From an uncultured bacterium (GTDB lineage: Bacteria; Patescibacteriota; Minisyncoccia; Phycocordibacterales; CAWITU01): a stretch of DNA of 64,000 nt. The first letter of the stretch is position 1. Every line of letters starts with the position of its first letter. The position numbers and the translations under genes were made by a program. The stretch is taken from positions 75,034-139,033 of the forward strand of contig CAWITU010000002.1 in the NCBI GenBank assembly GCA_963839205.1, in the 5' to 3' direction. Shown piece by piece: positions 59,853-64,000 of the stretch. The notes below the pieces were generated by a model. The model saw nothing but the letters and a program-made list of their open reading frames with translations, ran no database searches and was not told the DNA's origin.

Positions 59853-62800
59853 ATGAATCCTGAAGCAGAAGTAACTAAATCAAATATTGCCAAAAGGGAG
59901 GAGGAAATTCTTGAATTTTGGAAGAAAAACCGAATTTTTGAGAAAAGCCTTGAAAAGGATTCTCCAAAAGGGAATTTCGTCTTTTATGATGGGCCTCCAT
60001 TTGCAACAGGCCTACCTCACTTTGGTCATATTCTTCCGACAACAATTAAGGACTTAATTCCTCGTTATAAAACAATGAGGGGTTACCACGTACCTAGGCG
60101 TTGGGGCTGGGATTGCCACGGCTTACCGATTGAAAATCTAGTTGAAAAAGAACTCGGGCTAAAAAATAAAAAAGATATTGAGCAATATGGTATAGAAAAA
60201 TTTAATGCCGCCGCCAGAGTAAGTGTTCTTCGCTTTGCAGATCAATGGAAAGAAATTATTCCACGACTCGGTAGATGGGTTGATATGGAAAATGATTATC
60301 GTACAATGAACTCATCGTACAGCGAATCAGTTTGGTGGTCATTCAAAAAACTTTTTGAAAAGGGATTGGTCTACGAAAGTTTTAAAGTCATGCCGTATTG
60401 TCCGCATTGCGGAACAACACTTTCTAATTTTGAAGTTGGATCAAGGGTATAAAGATATAGCTGATATTTCCGCTTATGTTAAATTCGAGTTAGTAGATGA
60501 ACCTGGGACCTACGTCTTGGCGTGGACGACAACGCCATGGACTCTTCCTGGGAATGTCGCGCTAGCAGTTGGAAAGGATATTGAATATTCCAAAAAAAGA
60601 TAGGAAATGATTTTTATATAATTGCTAAAGAAAGACTATCAGTTGTAAAGGAAAAGTCACGAAGAAATTGAAAACAATTTCTGGCGCTGATTTGGTTGGT
60701 AAATCATATAAACCAGTTTTTGATTATTATAAAGATACCATATTAAAGAATGTGGTCGGAGAGGAAATTAAGACTAAAAGTGGTTGGAAAATATATTCAG
60801 CAGATTTTGTCACCATAACTGATGGTACTGGTATTGTTCATATCGCTCCAGCTTTTGGAGAAGACGATTTTCAATTAGCAAAGAAAGAAAACCTTCCTTT
60901 TGTTCAGCATGTTGATGGTGAAGGTAAATTTAAATCTGAAGCTATTGATTTTGTTGGGCAGTTAGTTAAACCAAAAGAGGACCCACAGAAAGGGGATATT
61001 GAAATTATAAAAAATCTGGCTCATCGTGGTTTTCTTTTTGCTAAAGAAAAATTTATTCACTCATATCCGCATTGTTGGAGATGCGATACACCACTTTTAA
61101 ATTTTGCGACTTCATCATGGTTTATAAAGGTTACGCAGTATAAAGACAAACTTGTTTCATTAAATAAATCTGTTAAATGGGTGCCAGAAACAGTTGGGGA
61201 TGGTCGTTTTGGTAAGTGGCTTGAGAATGCAAGGGATTGGGCAGTTTCAAGGTCTCGCTATTGGGGAACACCAATGCCTATTTGGAGATGTGATAAATGC
61301 GAAAAAGTTGAAATTATTGAATCAATTGATAATCTCAAAACCAAGACAAAAAGAAATAAATATATCTTGATGAGACATGGGCAGGCTATGGGTAATTTGG
61401 ATGATTGAATAAGTTGTTCCGCATCGGATACAGAAAATCATTTAACGCCGAAGGGTAGGGAAAAAGTTAATTTAAGTGCCCAAAAACTTAAAGAAAATAA
61501 AATTGATTTGATTTTTGGCTCTGATATTTTGCGTGCCAAGGAAACGGCTAATATTGTTGCTGAAACTCAGGGAATTAAAAAGAAGTTATCTATGACGAAA
61601 GACTCCGAGAATACGATGTTGGTAAAACTCCAATGAAAACCTGGAAAGAATTTGGAGACGTTTATACTTACAAAGATCGTTTTGATAAGACTTTCCCAGA
61701 AGGTGAAACATTTAGAGATGTTGCCAAGAGAATGGCTAATTTCATCTATGATATTGATTCAAGGTATGAAGGAAAAACAATTTTGATAGTTAGTCATCAA
61801 GCTCCAATTATGATGTTGGAACTTCTAAATAGTGGCAGAACTTTAGATATGATAAGCGAATTTACGAGACCAGAACGTCATCTTGTTATTTTGTTCCAGC
61901 CGAGTTTCGACATTTTGATTTCGCTCCCTTACCACATAATGAAAATTACGAATTAGATTTGCATCGACCATTTAGTGATAGGGTTTCTTGGTCATGCTCA
62001 TGTGGAGGAGAAATGAAAAGAGTTCCAGAAGTATTTGATACTTGGTATGACTCTGGGGCAGTTCCTTTTGCTTCAAATCATTATCCTTTTGAGAATAGTA
62101 AAAAAAATCTTTTGGGATTTGGGATGAAACCAAAGAAATTCCCAGCAGATTTTATTGCTGAAGGACAGGACCAAACTAGAGGTTGGTTTTATTCACTCTT
62201 AGCATTAAACGGCCCAATCTTTGGAGTTTCTCCTTATAAAAACGTGGTAGTTAATGGAACTGTTTTGGCCGAAGATGGACAGAAGATGTCAAAGCGTTTG
62301 AATAACTACCCACCACTTTTGGAAACTGTTGGGAAATTTAGTGCAGATGCTCTCCGATACTTTTTAATGACCTCTCCTGCTGTCAAAGCAGAAGACGTAG
62401 CTTTTGCAGTGAAAGGCGTCGATGAAGTTCAGAAGAAAGTTCTCATGCGACTTTTGAATGTCGTTTCATTTTATGAAATGTACGTGTCCCGCGAAGCTTC
62501 TGTAACAAATGCGAAGTGGAACGGGAAGAAAAGTAAAAATGTTCTTGATCAATGGATTATTGCTCGTTTAAATCAGACTAATCAGATTGTTTCTAATTCG
62601 TTAGAAGCGTATGAATTAGATAAAGCTTCTAGACCAATTGCTGATTTTGTAGAAGACCTTTCCGTTTGGTACTTGAGACGTTCGCGCGATAGATTTAAAG
62701 GTGACGATGAAGAGGATAAACAGTTTGCTCTTTCGACAACGCAGTTCGTACTTCAGGAATTTTCAAAGTTGATTGCTCCATTTATGCCATTTTTGGCAGA

Positions 62801-63383
62801 GGATATTTACCAAAGAGTTAAGAATAATGATGCGCGCGAGAGCGTGCACTTGGAAGAGTGGCCCGCCTCCGCCGGAGCTTCGGCGGGCGAGGCCCAACTA
62901 ATTGATCAAATGGTAGAGGTCAGAAGAGTTTGCTCTCTAGCTCTAGAGTTAAGACAGAAAGCAAATATAAAAGTTAGACAACCACTTTCTGTTTTGAAAA
63001 TTAAAGCAGAAATACTTTCAGATTTATTAGAACTAATTAAGGATGAAATAAACGTTAAAAAAGTTTTAAATGATAAAAGCATCCAAAATGAAGTTGATCT
63101 TGATTTGGTAATCACTCCAGAACTTAAAGAAGAGGGAATTGTTAGGGATATCATGAGGGCTATTCAGGATCTCCGAAAGGAAAAGAATCTTAAGCTTGGT
63201 GAGGAGGTCTCAATTTTGATTGAGACTAGTGATGAAATGAAAACACTAATTGAGAAAAATCTCGCAGAAATTTCAAAATTAACTAGTTTAAAAGAAATTG
63301 CCTTTGCTCAAAATGACGGCGAGTCTCTTAAAATTGATGAGACCGAAGTAAAAATCAATGTCGCATCACATCTATCAAACTGA
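59853..63383 (+). CDS. ileS: Isoleucine-tRNA ligase (IleRS2 type) with an inserted histidine-phosphatase-like domain; several apparent errors
   Basis: [44 protein letters not shown], insert MRHGQ...[18 protein letters not shown]. Confidence 0.92.
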
Positions 63384-63942
63384 AGCCTTTGTTATAGATA
63401 GTAATAGCTACAGGGAGGCCGATAAAATTATCACGCTTTTTACTAAGGAGTTAGGACTTCTTCAAGCGAGGGCAGTTGGAGTTAGACTTCTTCAGTCCAA
63501 ACTTCGTTACTCACTCCAAGATTTTTCGTATGCCAAGGTATCGTTAGTTCGTGGTAGAGAATTGTGGAGATTGACCAGTGCCGGTTCAGCTTACAATATT
63601 GTTTCTAAAATTAGCCCAGAAAGTTTTGTTTTTGCGCGAGCCTTATCTTTGATTAAAAGACTAGTTCATGGAGAAGAGAAGAATGAAAATTTATGGTTAA
63701 CACTCTTTAATGCTCTAAATTTTTTAAAAAGTGATGATGTTTCAAAGATTAATTCCGAATATGTAGAATGGGTATTGGTGCTTAGAATTCTCCACGCGCT
63801 CGGGTATGTGGCACCGAATCCTGAGACTCTACCGTTTCTAAAAGATTTGGAGTGGAGCCCGGCGCTTATTGAGTCCGCGCCGGGCTCTAAAAAATCAATA
63901 CTTCTATCTATTAATGAAGCTTTAAAACAAAGTCAGCTCTAA
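63358..63942 (+). CDS. recO: DNA repair protein RecO
   Basis: YQTEAFVI...READKIITLFTKELG...A.GVR...SKL. Confidence 0.85.
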   Translation: MSHHIYQTEAFVIDSNSYREADKIITLFTKELGLLQARAVGVRLLQSKLRYSLQDFSYAKVSLVRGRELWRLTSAGSAYNIVSKISPESFVFARALSLIKRLVHGEEKNENLWLTLFNALNFLKSDDVSKINSEYVEWVLVLRILHALGYVAPNPETLPFLKDLEWSPALIESAPGSKKSILLSINEALKQSQL

Positions 63943-64000
63943 TTATGTATAAGCGAGCTTCCACAAATCCTCGCTAGCCGTTATAATTTATAATATGGTA

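Noticed and set aside
61406-61408. In-frame TGA in ileS as evidence of genetic code 25
   Set aside because: Single case in an error-rich zone; TGA ends several intact genes (e.g. folD, DHH, folA) and clean genes have no internal TGA

Overview
AT-rich chromosomal segment most consistent with a Patescibacteria/CPR (Parcubacteria-like) genome. The inference rests on secE-nusG-rplK with no rplA, a type IV pilin, GENxGW-repeat surface proteins and many apparently leaderless genes. The main feature is two complete, architecturally different diversity-generating retroelements (DGRs). DGR1 (about 232-2900, minus strand) runs target-VR / TR / avd on the OPPOSITE strand / RT; all 16 TR-VR differences are at TR adenines and 15 are A>G. 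DGR2 (40354-43047, plus strand) has the canonical order DUF1566-like membrane-anchored target-VR / hairpin / avd / TR / RT; all 24 differences are at adenines. DGR1 lies in a defence-like island with a MuF-like fragment, an AlwI-family type IIS R-M system, a Cas2-fold small protein and an XRE + ImmA/IrrE pair. The rest holds stress and ion genes (2 ECF sigmas, Hsp20, P-type ATPase, DipZ, Zur-ZnuACB), lactate permease, pyrD, a barrel-only pyruvate kinase, enolase, a class II ribonucleotide reductase divergent from a cobalamin-riboswitch-led DUF4430/transcobalamin-like cassette, a thymidylate/folate cluster interrupted by an orphan PemK/MazF toxin with a convergent structured RNA candidate, and argS, ileS (with a His-phosphatase insert) and recO. 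Many frameshifts at 26.5-37.9 kb, 52.4 kb and 60-62 kb hit essential genes and are most likely assembly indels. Family assignments come from motif recognition only; no database search was run.
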